Assembly (NCBI GenBank): GCA_036630325.1
Contig: CP142727.1
Span: forward strand, 496,001 to 560,000
From: Vairimorpha necatrix
Taxonomy: Eukaryota
DNA: 64,000 nucleotides
Direction of reading: 5' to 3'
Of this stretch, positions 10,159 to 21,404 are shown in pieces. A program made the translations under genes and the position numbers. The notes under the pieces were generated by a model. That model did not search any database and was not told where the DNA came from. It saw nothing but the letters and a program-made list of their open reading frames with translations. The stretch's first letter is position 1, and each line of letters starts with the position of its first letter.

Positions 10159-13100
10159 CTTAAAGATTAAAAATTTTTATAAATCAAGTTTCTAATTAAA
10201 AAAAACTTATTGCACTTTTTGATGCCAAATCAAGTTAATGTATAGATAAATATCTAAAAATTGCGTTTTTTGTTATATTTACATGGACGTTGTAGATATA
10301 CACAAATATATAAAAATTGCAATTTTTATTGTTGAAACGGTTTATCTTCTAAAGCTTTATATTATTTACATTAAACTTTTTTTTTGAGATTAAAAAAATA
10401 TTTCACGGATGGCCAACTGCATATTAATCTTTTTATCAGTTACTGTTTTTAGATTGGCACGTGAATAAATAATTATAATGTGTAGTTCGAAAAAGTAAAA
10501 TGACTTTGTTCCACATAAGGACATTTTACTATTTCCAGTCATTATTACTATACATGCTCGCACTGTATTTAAAGTTTTGCGGTGATACATAAATAATTGG
10601 GTAAATTCACTACGAAAATAAATTTTATCTTATATTATTCATATGTGGGAATAACCTCGAACGCTCAAAGGTGTACGTGAACTATACGTTGGTTAATACA
10701 TTTTGACTGTAATCCCGGCTAATTTTTTAAGTTTAGAAACTACTTGAAATTAGAAATGAGGTAGTTTTAGTTACACTTCTTCTACATATTTTTTAGATGG
10801 ACCATAGACATTCATGGTTACTAACTCTCGATTTCGTTTAAGAAATAAATGGTACTAGGTACTGGAATAAGTAGAGCTTTGACGCTTCAGACATCTTCCT
10901 ACATATTTTCTAAATGTTATTCGAAAATAGTAAGAAAAAGGTTAACGCAGCACATAAAATACCGGCGGCGAAGTATCGGTGCAAGGAGGCTTGTGTATAT
11001 TTGAATTATATTTAGGGCGTTTTCTGTATCACGACGATGTCTCTTCTTGGGTTATATAATCCATTTCGATAATATTTAGCCTATGTATGAAACTTAATGA
11101 GATCTGTGTAAGATGGCAATACATTCTTATGTCGTAAAATTCAATTCATACGTCGTGCTCATGCATATATAGTTTGATCAACGGTTCTAGTTATAAAAAA
11201 TATTACAGTGTTTATTATGAGGAACATACTTTTGTAAGTTTTTTTGGCGAAGTTGTACAACGACAACCCAAAAGGACATTTTGAAAGTGATCTAACAGAA
11301 AATTTTCACACTCATAATATAGTTTATGTAGGATTTACTTATGTGCCCTATAGTATCATAAATAGAAACATTTGCCTTTGTTAGACATATAAGAGTATGT
11401 TAGTCTTTATGAACACAGATATATTTGTTGAGAATATATATGTAATAAATTCAACCCTTTTAGTACAATTATCTTTAACTTGGTGGTTTGTATGGGGATC
11501 GAACCCAAACATGTCCAAAAAAATAACAGGTTGAAAGTTCCGTCGAGGCATGAGACGTAAAAATTGCATTATATGTTAGAATAAGGATGGTTGGTTGTCT
11601 AACAGAAAAAAGGTGATGACTTGCAATAGTCAAACGGCCGGATAGGTATAGACGAGAGGAGCTATGAGAAACTGTATTAACTGTAATAAGATCTGGCATA
11701 AGAGATGTGCAGATTTAGTGTAGTGGGAATCCCAATATTTAAACTTAAAGCTATCATGGCAAGATAGCTGAACACCAGTGTTCAAAAATCCCGTAAGACT
11801 AAAAAAGTGAAGAAAATCAAAAAGAAATTGTGTTGTAGTTGAAGAATGAGATAGACGGATAATCCCCGATTCCATTATTGGGAAGACATGTGCAAAGAAA
11901 AATTTCATGCCTATAGACTTTATGTATTAATCCAGAAAGAAAGTACTGCAAAGAACAATACAAGAAGGGATAGTAAGACGCGAAAGAGTAAAATGCAGCC
12001 CAGGGTAAGTTAACACAAAAATGTCTTTTTATTTTAAAAGCCAAGTTGTAGACGTAGGAAGTAGTAAATTTATTTACATCGCTCAGTTTTAAAATTTAGC
12101 GCGGGATGCTGTGAATTTATTTTTTATAAATTCATCTTCAACTTACAATTATCTTTAACAATAACTAAACCTCACTCTATAAATACAGCAACTCTGATGC
12201 AAAGATATCAACTATAATGTCTTACAATAACAACGTATAAGATATACGCTTAACTAAAATACAATTACAAGTATCTGATCCGATTTAATATTATTTTCAT
12301 TTTCAAACATACTGATACATATGTTCTATCCGCCTTAAACCAAATATTGTCATTAGCTTTTATTTCTTTTCTTTTCACTTTTAATTGTTAATATTAGTTG
12401 TGATTTAGATACAAGCTTACCTAAAAAAGTTGCTTGTTTTTCTTAATAAAAACAAAATTGTTGAAGCTTGTACTGATATTTTCTCCTTTCCTAGTATAAA
12501 TTTAGATGTATATTATATAAGTTTGGTCTTTTAAATTGTTTCCCAAACCTTCTTAGTTCATTAATATCATGGTCTCGATATTGAACATTGAAAACAACAA
12601 CTATCATTCTTTTTTATAAAATAAAAAACCAAAAGATTGGATTACAATTGTCAGCCAAATGATTTGAGAGGTACATTTGGATCGGTGACCGGAAGTTTCG
12701 TCCCGGTGGTAGGGGTTAAAAAAATAAAAAACTCGTTTTTTGTTTTTTTATTTTTTTAACCCCTACCACCGGGACGAAACTTCCGAAAAAAAAATAAAAC
12801 TTTAATATTGCAATCATTTCAAAGACAAAATCAGCACCAACCCCTTCTTCCACAGTCTTATTCAAACAATCAGCTAGCCAATCTCTTTTTCAATGTTGTT
12901 TTGTTTACATTCAAAAACATGATTTAAAAATGTTTGTTGTATTATCTTGATTCTAACTATATCTTCTTCATCCTTTAACTTGCTCACTAATAGATAAAAA
13001 CTGTAGCGACTAGTACCAAATGTGTTTTTAAAGGTATTATGCCAACCTTCAATAGCATTATCGTTCTTGGAAAATCTATATCCATATTATTTCGATTGTA

Positions 13101-13586
13101 CCACAAATTCGGCGGAAAACGACATCCTAAATCAATATAATTTGTAAAGAAATAGCAATATAACTCAGTCAAGCATTCCGGAAATTTTCTGTCTTGTTTT
13201 AGTTCAAAAAAAGTAGACAATATTTCGTCATATTCAACATATGCAAGTGCCATAAGAGACAAAACAAACCTTTTCACCATAGGTGAACATGTGTAAACAG
13301 AAGAAAGTCCTGAACTTTTAACACGCCTATCAATAGCCTGAGCTAAGTGAAAAAGACAACCTGAAATTTGATAATCCGGGAAAACTATAGAAAATGCTCT
13401 TATCGCAGCATGCTTGGCGTGCTGCGCAGGAATGCGGCTTGTTCTAGAGTAATACTCTAAAGAACTATATGTCTGCCCGTCTGTGTCTGGCGCGCTTTTA
13501 TAATGTTTATTGTAATTATGTTAATTAAATACTTTTTTATTTGGGTTCATCTCCCTTTTTATTATCGGGTTTAAAATAAAATATTA

Positions 13587-16500
13587 TATAAGTGCTTAAC
13601 ATAATTGGGGTTTAATATTATTACTGATTATAACATCCCCCCTCCAGACGGTTAGTCTCCTTCAACATACTTTAAATCCCCTACACCCTTAAGATCATAA
13701 TGCCTTTTTTTCACCAACCTTCCATTCTCTAATCTCACTATATATGAATCCCCTGGACATAGCTCAATCACTCTTCCCATGTCTAAAAACCGACCCTTAC
13801 TATACTTACTACATCCCTTTAAATTCTCATTCTTGGCAACCCTAACTATCTGGTTCCTTTTGAACTTTTCTCTAAACCAACTTTTGAACTGTTGCGCATA
13901 CTTTCCCTCTGGACTATTCTCCATACTAACATTTCCTGTATTATCGGTTAAAGCTTCTACTGGCGTGCACTTAATGCCAGCATGAAAACTTAAATTATAT
14001 TTCTCAATAGCTTCATAAACCTTGTTCTCGAATTTCTCTTTTTGGCTCTTTAAAATACTATCTCTTACAGTTCTAATAACTCTTTCTACTCTTCCATTAC
14101 TTCTGTGCGCCTCAACGCTGACCTTTCTATGACTAATATCCAAATTTCTACATAGCTCGGTAACTTTTTCGTTGCAAAACTCTTTACCATTATCCGTAAT
14201 GATTTCCTCTGGTTTTCTACCCTGTTTACACAAATCCTTGATAAATTCGGCAATTCCAGATGCGTGCTTGCTCTTCAATACTCTGCCCCATAATCTCCTT
14301 GTAAAGTAATCAACTGCCAAAACAATAAACGCTTTCTCATCCCTAAATTCTATTAAATCTAAACCAACCTTCTCTAAATATCTTGTCGTGTTCACTAAAT
14401 CAGTACCGCCACTCGTTTTTCTATTAAAAATCTGACAAGTCTCGCAATTCTTAAGGACCTTTTCGATCTGATCCTTAATTCCTGGCCAATAATACTGTTT
14501 CCTCAACTCATAATATACCGTTGTTCTGCTTCTGTGGCTCAAATTTACATGACAATCCATTATTAATCTCTCTCTGTCTTGTTCCAAAGGCATCTCGCCT
14601 TCTCTACCACTATCAAATACCCAGTATTCTTTACCTTCTACAATTTTTACATGCTTATTTCTTTTCCCTTCTTTTTGTCTATCACGGCGTGTTTCATTTC
14701 TCTTTTTCTTTGCATCTTTTTCTTTTGTATATACCCTACCTAGCGCATCGGCTACGACCATATTTTCTGGAGTTCTATATTCTATCACAAAATCAAATTC
14801 CTGAATCTTCTCGACACATCTATTAATTCTAGCATTCTTAAAGTCGGGCTTGTTTCTTATTTCGCCCAACGCTTTATGATCAGTTTCTATTCTAAATTTC
14901 CTACCTCTTAATTCATATTCAAACTTTTTAACGCCCCAAAAAACTGCATACATTTCTTTTTCTGATATACCATAATTAACTTCCGTAACGGTAAACTTCT
15001 TAGACGCCCACTGTACTGGCACCCATTCTCCTTGATTATTTTTCTGTAACAGTACTGCGCCCATGCCTACATTACTAGCGTCAGTCCTCAACAAAAATTC
15101 TTTATCATAGTCTGCTATTTGCAGCTTTCCTAGGCCTTTTAATACTTCTTTTAAATTATTAAACTCGTTTTTCATATCATCCGTCCACTTCCAATTATCA
15201 TTCTTCCCTTTTAAACTATCTGTCAACCTAACTGTCAATCCAGCGTAATTCTTAATAAAATCTCTGAACCAACCCGTCATTTCTAAAAATCTTCTTACAT
15301 CTGACACGCATGTTGGTATCGGAAACTCTAGGGCTTCATTTTTCTTTATCTCTGACGGTATTATATCTTCTCCATTTAAAGTGACTCCCAATAATTTAAC
15401 TTCCCGTTGACAAAACTGAACTTTATTTGCATTCAGCTTCATATTGTTTTCCTTCAGTCTATTTAATACCCTTTTCACTAATTGCTCGTGTTCTCCTATC
15501 GTTCGGCTGTACAACACAATATCGTCCATATACACCTCTACTCCTTTGCCTTTCATATCTCTAAAAATCCTATCCATAATTCTCTGCAATATCTGCGGGC
15601 TATTCTTATATCCCATAACCATAGAGTTCCATTCATAAACCTTGCCATTAAAATCAAACGCCGTCTTATGTTTATCCTCCTCCTCTATCTCAATACTATA
15701 GAAGGCCTCTTTTAAGTCGAAAACCGTCATATATTTTGCACCTTGTGTAGCTCTTACAACATCTCTTATGTTAGACAATCTATACTCGTCCTTTTCTACA
15801 ATATCTTTCAATGCCATCAAATTACTAACCAGTCTTATCTCACCATTTGGCTTTCTGATTGACCTTATAGGATTCCTCCAACTTGAATTTGACTCTCTTA
15901 TCACTTTCCTTTTTAATAAATCTTCTAGATGTAGCTCTGTATCTTTTATCAACGCCTGCGGAACCATTTGTTTCTTTTTAAATACCTTCATACCCGCTTC
16001 AGTATTAATTTTACATTTTTCCTGTTTACAATATTTTATCTCCTCTTTTCCTAACTTAAAAACCTCTCCAAAACTCTTAGCATACTTATCTAAATTTAAT
16101 CTGATTCTCTTACTCTCCTCTTTAACGGCATATTCTTTTTGATTTTTCTCAAATTTGACTCTAAGTCCTCTTTTTGATCTTCTAAAATCTCGCTCCTGAC
16201 TCGACTCTGATTCACTACCTACTTCCATTTTGGAACTGTTATCCTTGTTATTCTTTTTATAATAATTATCTCTATTAATCTTCAGTCTGCATTCAAACAC
16301 CCTATGCCCTTGTCTATCACAATAGAAGCATCTCGGTACTCTCGATTTTTGTCTTGGTTGTTCTCTACTAATTTCTTCATTTATAGTCCTAGAAATAATT
16401 TTTCTCATTTCCTCATATATATTTTCTTCCTCCTCTACTTCCTTAATCCTTAACAATAGCTTCTTCCTTATTCCTTCAATATTTTCTTCCTTTTTGATAT

Positions 16501-16729
16501 TTCTCACAATAAAATCTTTTAAATCCATCGAAGCCAACTTGAACAGCTCACTCTTCCATTTTTCTCTATCCACATCTCTCAAATCCAATTCATACAATAT
16601 ACGCTCTAACTCCTGTAACATCTTTCTGACCACTTGGCCACAGTCCTCTCTTGTGAACTCTTCTTTAGGTATCGCCCCCATATAAGTGCTTAACATAATT
16701 GGGGTTTAATATTATTACTGATTATAACA
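13587..16729 (-). mobile_element. mini-LTR Ty3/gypsy-like retroelement, family B copy 1 (3143 bp)
   Basis: Identical 49-bp direct repeats at 13587-13635 and 16681-16729, 5-bp TSD TATTA, PPT GGAGGGGGGA, and PBS TGGGGGCGATACC (tRNA-Pro-like). Confidence 0.97.
13652..16696 (-). CDS. single-ORF Gag(CCHC)-RT-RNaseH-integrase polyprotein, family B
   Basis: 1014 aa. CFYCDRQGHRVFEC knuckle, YMDD, RTDASNVGMGAVL, and ITDNGKEF / SNGRVER. A few normally conserved residues differ from copy 2 (FLEMTG, NRCVE, DALGR). Confidence 0.93.
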   Translation of the reverse strand: MLSTYMGAIPKEEFTREDCGQVVRKMLQELERILYELDLRDVDREKWKSELFKLASMDLKDFIVRNIKKEENIEGIRKKLLLRIKEVEEEENIYEEMRKIISRTINEEISREQPRQKSRVPRCFYCDRQGHRVFECRLKINRDNYYKKNNKDNSSKMEVGSESESSQERDFRRSKRGLRVKFEKNQKEYAVKEESKRIRLNLDKYAKSFGEVFKLGKEEIKYCKQEKCKINTEAGMKVFKKKQMVPQALIKDTELHLEDLLKRKVIRESNSSWRNPIRSIRKPNGEIRLVSNLMALKDIVEKDEYRLSNIRDVVRATQGAKYMTVFDLKEAFYSIEIEEEDKHKTAFDFNGKVYEWNSMVMGYKNSPQILQRIMDRIFRDMKGKGVEVYMDDIVLYSRTIGEHEQLVKRVLNRLKENNMKLNANKVQFCQREVKLLGVTLNGEDIIPSEIKKNEALEFPIPTCVSDVRRFLEMTGWFRDFIKNYAGLTVRLTDSLKGKNDNWKWTDDMKNEFNNLKEVLKGLGKLQIADYDKEFLLRTDASNVGMGAVLLQKNNQGEWVPVQWASKKFTVTEVNYGISEKEMYAVFWGVKKFEYELRGRKFRIETDHKALGEIRNKPDFKNARINRCVEKIQEFDFVIEYRTPENMVVADALGRVYTKEKDAKKKRNETRRDRQKEGKRNKHVKIVEGKEYWVFDSGREGEMPLEQDRERLIMDCHVNLSHRSRTTVYYELRKQYYWPGIKDQIEKVLKNCETCQIFNRKTSGGTDLVNTTRYLEKVGLDLIEFRDEKAFIVLAVDYFTRRLWGRVLKSKHASGIAEFIKDLCKQGRKPEEIITDNGKEFCNEKVTELCRNLDISHRKVSVEAHRSNGRVERVIRTVRDSILKSQKEKFENKVYEAIEKYNLSFHAGIKCTPVEALTDNTGNVSMENSPEGKYAQQFKSWFREKFKRNQIVRVAKNENLKGCSKYSKGRFLDMGRVIELCPGDSYIVRLENGRLVKKRHYDLKGVGDLKYVEGD

Positions 16730-18364
16730 TATTATAAAAATAAGAAGGAGGGAAAATAATTAAAAATTGTAATTTCATCCTATAGGAAATTTAGATGTTG
16801 TGTGGTCATAATACCACAATACTCAAAATCGGTTTTTATTATACTTGGGTTGAGCTCTGGAAACCTTTTCTTTAACATTTGAAACAAAAAACAATAGGTT
16901 TTAAAACTTTTATCTTTCAAAATTGCAAATATTATCGGGAATACGTGCACATCACGGATAAAACTACCGTGTGAAGTTGATAATATGGAATTGGAACCAC
17001 CGTAAGGTCCCATCCATCGCCCACACGTCATATAGAGCCAAATTTTCCATAGCCGAATCTGTATAAAAAATTATTATACTGTCATTGGGTTCGTCACTCC
17101 CGTAATTTTCAGGCTCATATCGATGCCATTGTTCGCCTGTATGACTGAAAAAAAATCAACACATAAACCCAATTTTTGGTTGGCGTATGGTTTTGGATTA
17201 AAGGAATTCATCCGAGCATTCCTTAATATCCTTGCAATAGGCTCAATAGGACCAACTGCGGCGATTGTTTCGTTTCCAGCTCCTCTTAAGGCAGAAAGTA
17301 TTTTTCTAGGAGAATCTTTGGAGATGATTTCCCGTTTCATTTTATCTATTTTATTCTTCTTACAGACCAGTTCAGGATTTGGTTCATGATTATGAGCAGA
17401 AGAAATAATAAAGGATTCGAGATTATTGACGTAAACAATATTACTGGTGGCTTTGGCATTACAGCTTCGTACAATGCATCGCCACTTTATAGTAGTTTTG
17501 TTGATTCTTTTTTTCTCGTAAATATATAGATTTTCATCTATTATTTGATTCATATTCCTGTTGCTTTTAATGATACTTTTTGGCCAGGTCATAGGGGTAA
17601 AAAATAAAAAAATAAAAAAGTTCGTTTTTTTTATTTTTTTATTTTTTTAACCCCTAAAACCGGGACGAAAAAACCGGGTACCATTTGGATCCATAATAAG
17701 AATAATAGACTACAGTGTTAGAACATACTTTCTAATCTTTAAAAATATATATTGCTTCAGATATACAAGATTATAAATCTTATCGACCATAAAGAACACA
17801 TTATGTTTCCATACTATTGGGCGGTTTGTTCATATAACTTTTCATTAAATTCACTTCATAATAGTTTTTGTTTGGAACTAGCAACTAACATTAAAGTTGT
17901 TCTATTAATTTGGTTTTGAATATTTGTAATTAATGAAAAATAAAATAAATCTGCATTTTAAACTCAAATTTTTTGCATGTTCGATGGAATAATAACATGC
18001 ATTCTAATGATTGCTACTTTACAGTAACATTATCAGTCTTTGAATAAATACATAAAAGACATATCTAAATTTATTTCCTTGTAGTTTTTTTTAATGTTTG
18101 TAGATAATTAATGCTTTATCAGCATCTGAAAAAAATAAAAATCAAGAATGCAAAGTTTAACGTAATCTCGAATTAGTACAAGATATTATTTTGTTTGTAT
18201 TAAATGGAAATATTTTGTCTTGTGCTCAAAAAAATTTTCTATTTTTCGTATTTGTCTTTTGGCATATACTTATTTACACTTAACGGCTAAAATCAGCTTT
18301 AGTGTAAAAAAAATGGGGGTCAAAATTTTTAAAAAATTGCCCCTTTTTTTAAAAAACGAAGGGA

Positions 18365-19707
18365 ATGCTAAGTAAAGAAGAAATTGAAGATTTTTATGAA
18401 CATCTGCTAAGAAAGAAATATAAACAGAAATGTTCAATTTGTGGCTGGGATACATCTAGAGTATCTAACGAAACATTTTATTTGAGATGTAAATTTCCCA
18501 AATGCGGCCAAAGATTTTCAATTTGGAATAATACTCTATTTTCAAATAGTAAGATAGATCATATTCTTATGCTGAAAATTGTAAATCTATGGACAATGGA
18601 ACTTAAAATAGCGCATATTTCTAAATTTTTGGACTGTAATATGCAAAATGTAAGTGCTACACTTGAGAAATTATATAAATTAAAAATTTATGAAAAATCA
18701 TATATATAAAAGAATTTTATTTAATTTTTTACCCCTCTTTTTTATGGTTTTGTAAAATCTAAACTTCTTATTATAGCTTATTGTGATATTAAAATATCAA
18801 ATATAAACTCAATGAAGGATTTTGACTATCATATGTGCGTGTACTGTATGTTAATACATTTTGATTTTAATTCTTTGTTTTGTAAAACTCAGTTCCAAAA
18901 TATCGTCAGAATCGTTTTTTAGAATTTATTTGACCCTTCCACGAAAAATTGCAAAAACAATTAACTAATAAAGATTTTGAATATAAGTGTCAAAACTTGA
19001 GCTTAGAATTTCCCAAACTTATCTTATTATAATTATTAAATGTTTTTAGATCAAATTTACTCCTTATATGTTACTAAAAAGTATTTTTCAAAATCATGTT
19101 TTCTCCTTTTCAAATTCCTTCTTCCCAAAATGGAAATTCACAAAAAGATAAAGGAGGTACATATTATAAAACAAAACTATAAATCCCGTTTTCAAAACGG
19201 GAAAGCATACGCTAGTATATAAATAAAACAAAACAAATAGGAGGCGAAAATATCATAGTGGAGATCGACGAAAGTAAAATAGGTAAGAATAAATACCACA
19301 GGGGAAAATTAGTTAAAGGATTTTGGTGTTTTGGGATGGTAGAAAGAACAACAGAAAAGAAGATAATATTTGTCATAATAAATAAAAGAAACAAGGATAC
19401 ATTGCTGCCGATCTTATTTAAGCATGTAAATTTGAAATCTATCATTCATTCCGATATGTGGAAGGCCTATATAACGTTAAAAAGCCATTACACGGACCAT
19501 AGAACTGTAAATCACAGTCAAACATTTAGAGACAGAGAGACAGGTGTGCATACAAACACCATCGAAGGAAATTGGAGGTCTTTAAAAGCCTTTATACCCA
19601 ATAGGTGTAGAACATATGAATCTGCTGAAATATATTTAGTTCTATATATGATTGAAAGAAATGAGAGCGAAGACATCTTCAAAGCATTATTAAAATTATG
19701 TTTTTGA
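18365..19707 (+). pseudogene. Merlin transposase split by a Helitron (274 aa when rejoined)
   Basis: N-terminal zinc ribbon (CSIC...CKFPKC) and the motifs VEIDESK, IHSDMWKAY, VNHS and VHTNTIEGNW. Removing 18698-19215 gives the in-frame join KIYEK-YINKTKQIGGENIIVEIDES. Confidence 0.92.
18698..19215 (+). mobile_element. non-autonomous Helitron (518 bp)
   Basis: 5' TC, 3' CTAG, subterminal hairpin CCCGTTTTCAAAACGGG, inserted between A and T with no TSD. Confidence 0.92.
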
Positions 19708-20140
19708 TATATTTTATTTATTTTAAAGTTAATTTTCATGCATTTTTATATCTTAATTATATTTTATTTTTTTTCTTTACTTAGCATTCCCTTCGTTTTT
19801 TAAAAAAAGGGGCAATTTTTTAAAAATTTTGACCCCCCCCCCCATTTTTTTTACACTAAAGCTGATTTTAGCCCACTTAGCATTAAGGCTCTTGGATCTG
19901 CCTTAGTATATAATTTTATGTCATGATTTTTTTTTGTCAAACATTTTTTCTCTTTTTCTTTCAGATTTGATGCAAATCTTTGATGTTTCTCCATACTCTG
20001 AATTTTAAATGATCTCTACAAGAAGCTTGGATTGATGTAACGTCATATAATTCTTTCAATAGCTTTTATACACGCAATTTAGTCAAATTATGTATTACCG
20101 TTTTTGATTTTTTTTTTATTTAAAAATTGATGCCCTTTAT

Positions 20141-20596
20141 ATGTTTTGCTTGATTTTTAACAATGTACTCACAAGTAGAGAAATAACAAAAGAAGGATTT
20201 GATAGTACTGTATTACTTACACAGGACTGGCAAACACATTCAATAGAAACGAAAAAATGTTTACAAGAAAATGCCAATGAATATTTTATGCCAAAGTACC
20301 ATGATATGCACGATAAGTCTCAAGAAAATACTGAAATTACCTCATTATTAAATCATCAAAAAATATCAGAAACAAAAAAAAAGAAGGATGGATGGGCAAA
20401 AGTATTTGTAATATTATTTCTAGTATTTATTTATATTTTATCAATTATAAGTGTAGGTGTGATTATATATTATTGTAGAAATGATATTATTGAATTTAGT
20501 AGAAAAATTTTCACATATGTTTATCAGATGTTAACTACTAACTCTTATAATAGTTCAACTCCTTTCACAAACGAAACAACTATTAATGATTTTTAG
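20141..20596 (+). CDS. lineage-specific membrane protein
   Basis: 151-aa ORF with CCC upstream of the ATG and one TM span. The C-terminal half is similar to 9862-10158. Confidence 0.7.
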   Translation: MFCLIFNNVLTSREITKEGFDSTVLLTQDWQTHSIETKKCLQENANEYFMPKYHDMHDKSQENTEITSLLNHQKISETKKKKDGWAKVFVILFLVFIYILSIISVGVIIYYCRNDIIEFSRKIFTYVYQMLTTNSYNSSTPFTNETTINDF

Positions 20597-21404
20597 CATT
20601 AAAATTAATTGTTTTTTTTAATGCGACAAAAAGTTTTTTGAGACGGTCTTTATTTTTTTTTATTATGCTATTGTTCATATTAAGCATAGATTATTATTTT
20701 TTTCATCATAAAATAGATGATTAATTAACACACTCGATAAATTTACAACTACTTCATATGTAACAATCGAGAAGTATAATGAATGGAAAAATAAACAAGA
20801 TTTATACGACGGGTGTTCTTCAAATTTAATTTCAATAATATAACTCGTAAAAAAATTTCTACGCAGAAGTAGCAAATACCGAACTTATAAAATTCAAATG
20901 GGGAAACCTCAAACATTTAAGAAAGAACGGTAAAAGAAAGATGGTAAGTCATGTTTAAATACGACAGAGTTTTCTGGCACAAAATATAACCCATTGTTTC
21001 GAAAAAACCGAAGTCTTTCTTGTAACGCTTAGTGTTTATTAAGTAGTTAAATTTTAGAATTTTTATGTGTGAGCTGTGATACTCATGTTTGTACAGTTGA
21101 CCAGTCATTGATGTATCTGTTGGTTTGTTTTTTATTTATGTTTTTTGATTTTACAAAATTTTTATGGTGGTTTTGTCATATTGTAAATCATTAACGATAT
21201 AATTTACTTTTACAAGCAGAATAAATTGTTTTTTGTTTTGATTTGTTTTTATGATTGCAAAAATAGAAAATTTATCTTGCATTAAATCATGTTAATTATC
21301 TGAATTTACATAAAAAACTATTGATTATTCGATTGTCGACTAAAGAATGTAGTTTACTTTTAATTTCAGTTTTAAGAGTTATATATGTAAGTTTTTATAT
21401 GTAA

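Larger units (their letters stand above)
13415..16818. mobile_element. putative ~256-bp solo LTR inserted in the MULE transposase and itself split by the family B element
   Basis: TG..CA ends and near-identical 5-bp flanks ATGCT/ATACT. Removing it rejoins the MULE frame as KTDFEY-AAIRAF. Confidence 0.65.
12684..17682 (-). mobile_element. Mutator-like (MULE) DNA transposon, disrupted by nested insertions
   Basis: 9-bp TSD ATTTGGATC (12675-12683 and 17683-17691) and TIRs containing TTTCGTCCCGGT..TAGGGGTTAAAAAAATAAAAAA. Transposase pieces: FLYWCH/WRKY-like finger (WRCIVRSC...HNH, 17074-17592), IIKTDFE (~16820-17030), GCLFHLAQAI and FPRT (~12990-13414). Confidence 0.88.
18285..19873 (+). mobile_element. 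Merlin (IS1595/ISXO2-like) DNA transposon interrupted by a Helitron
   Basis: ~95-bp TIRs starting GGCTAAAATCAGC and an 8-bp TSD (CACTTAAC/CACTTAGC). Confidence 0.92.

Noticed and set aside
11380-12060. Slightly GC-richer stretch with a CINCNKIWH knuckle-like translation, possibly a decayed retroelement
   Set aside because: Too degraded, with no termini or continuous domain that I can support.
14595-14625. FDSG in family B, and DTG in family A RNase H, as possible protease active sites
   Set aside because: FDSG lies in the RNaseH-integrase linker and aligns with FSTG in family A. DTG is part of the RNase H TDA motif. Neither has retropepsin context.
20675-21108. Adjacent short minus-strand ORFs (also 60542-61014) as a possible pseudogene
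   Set aside because: No recognisable motif, start context or paralog in the window.
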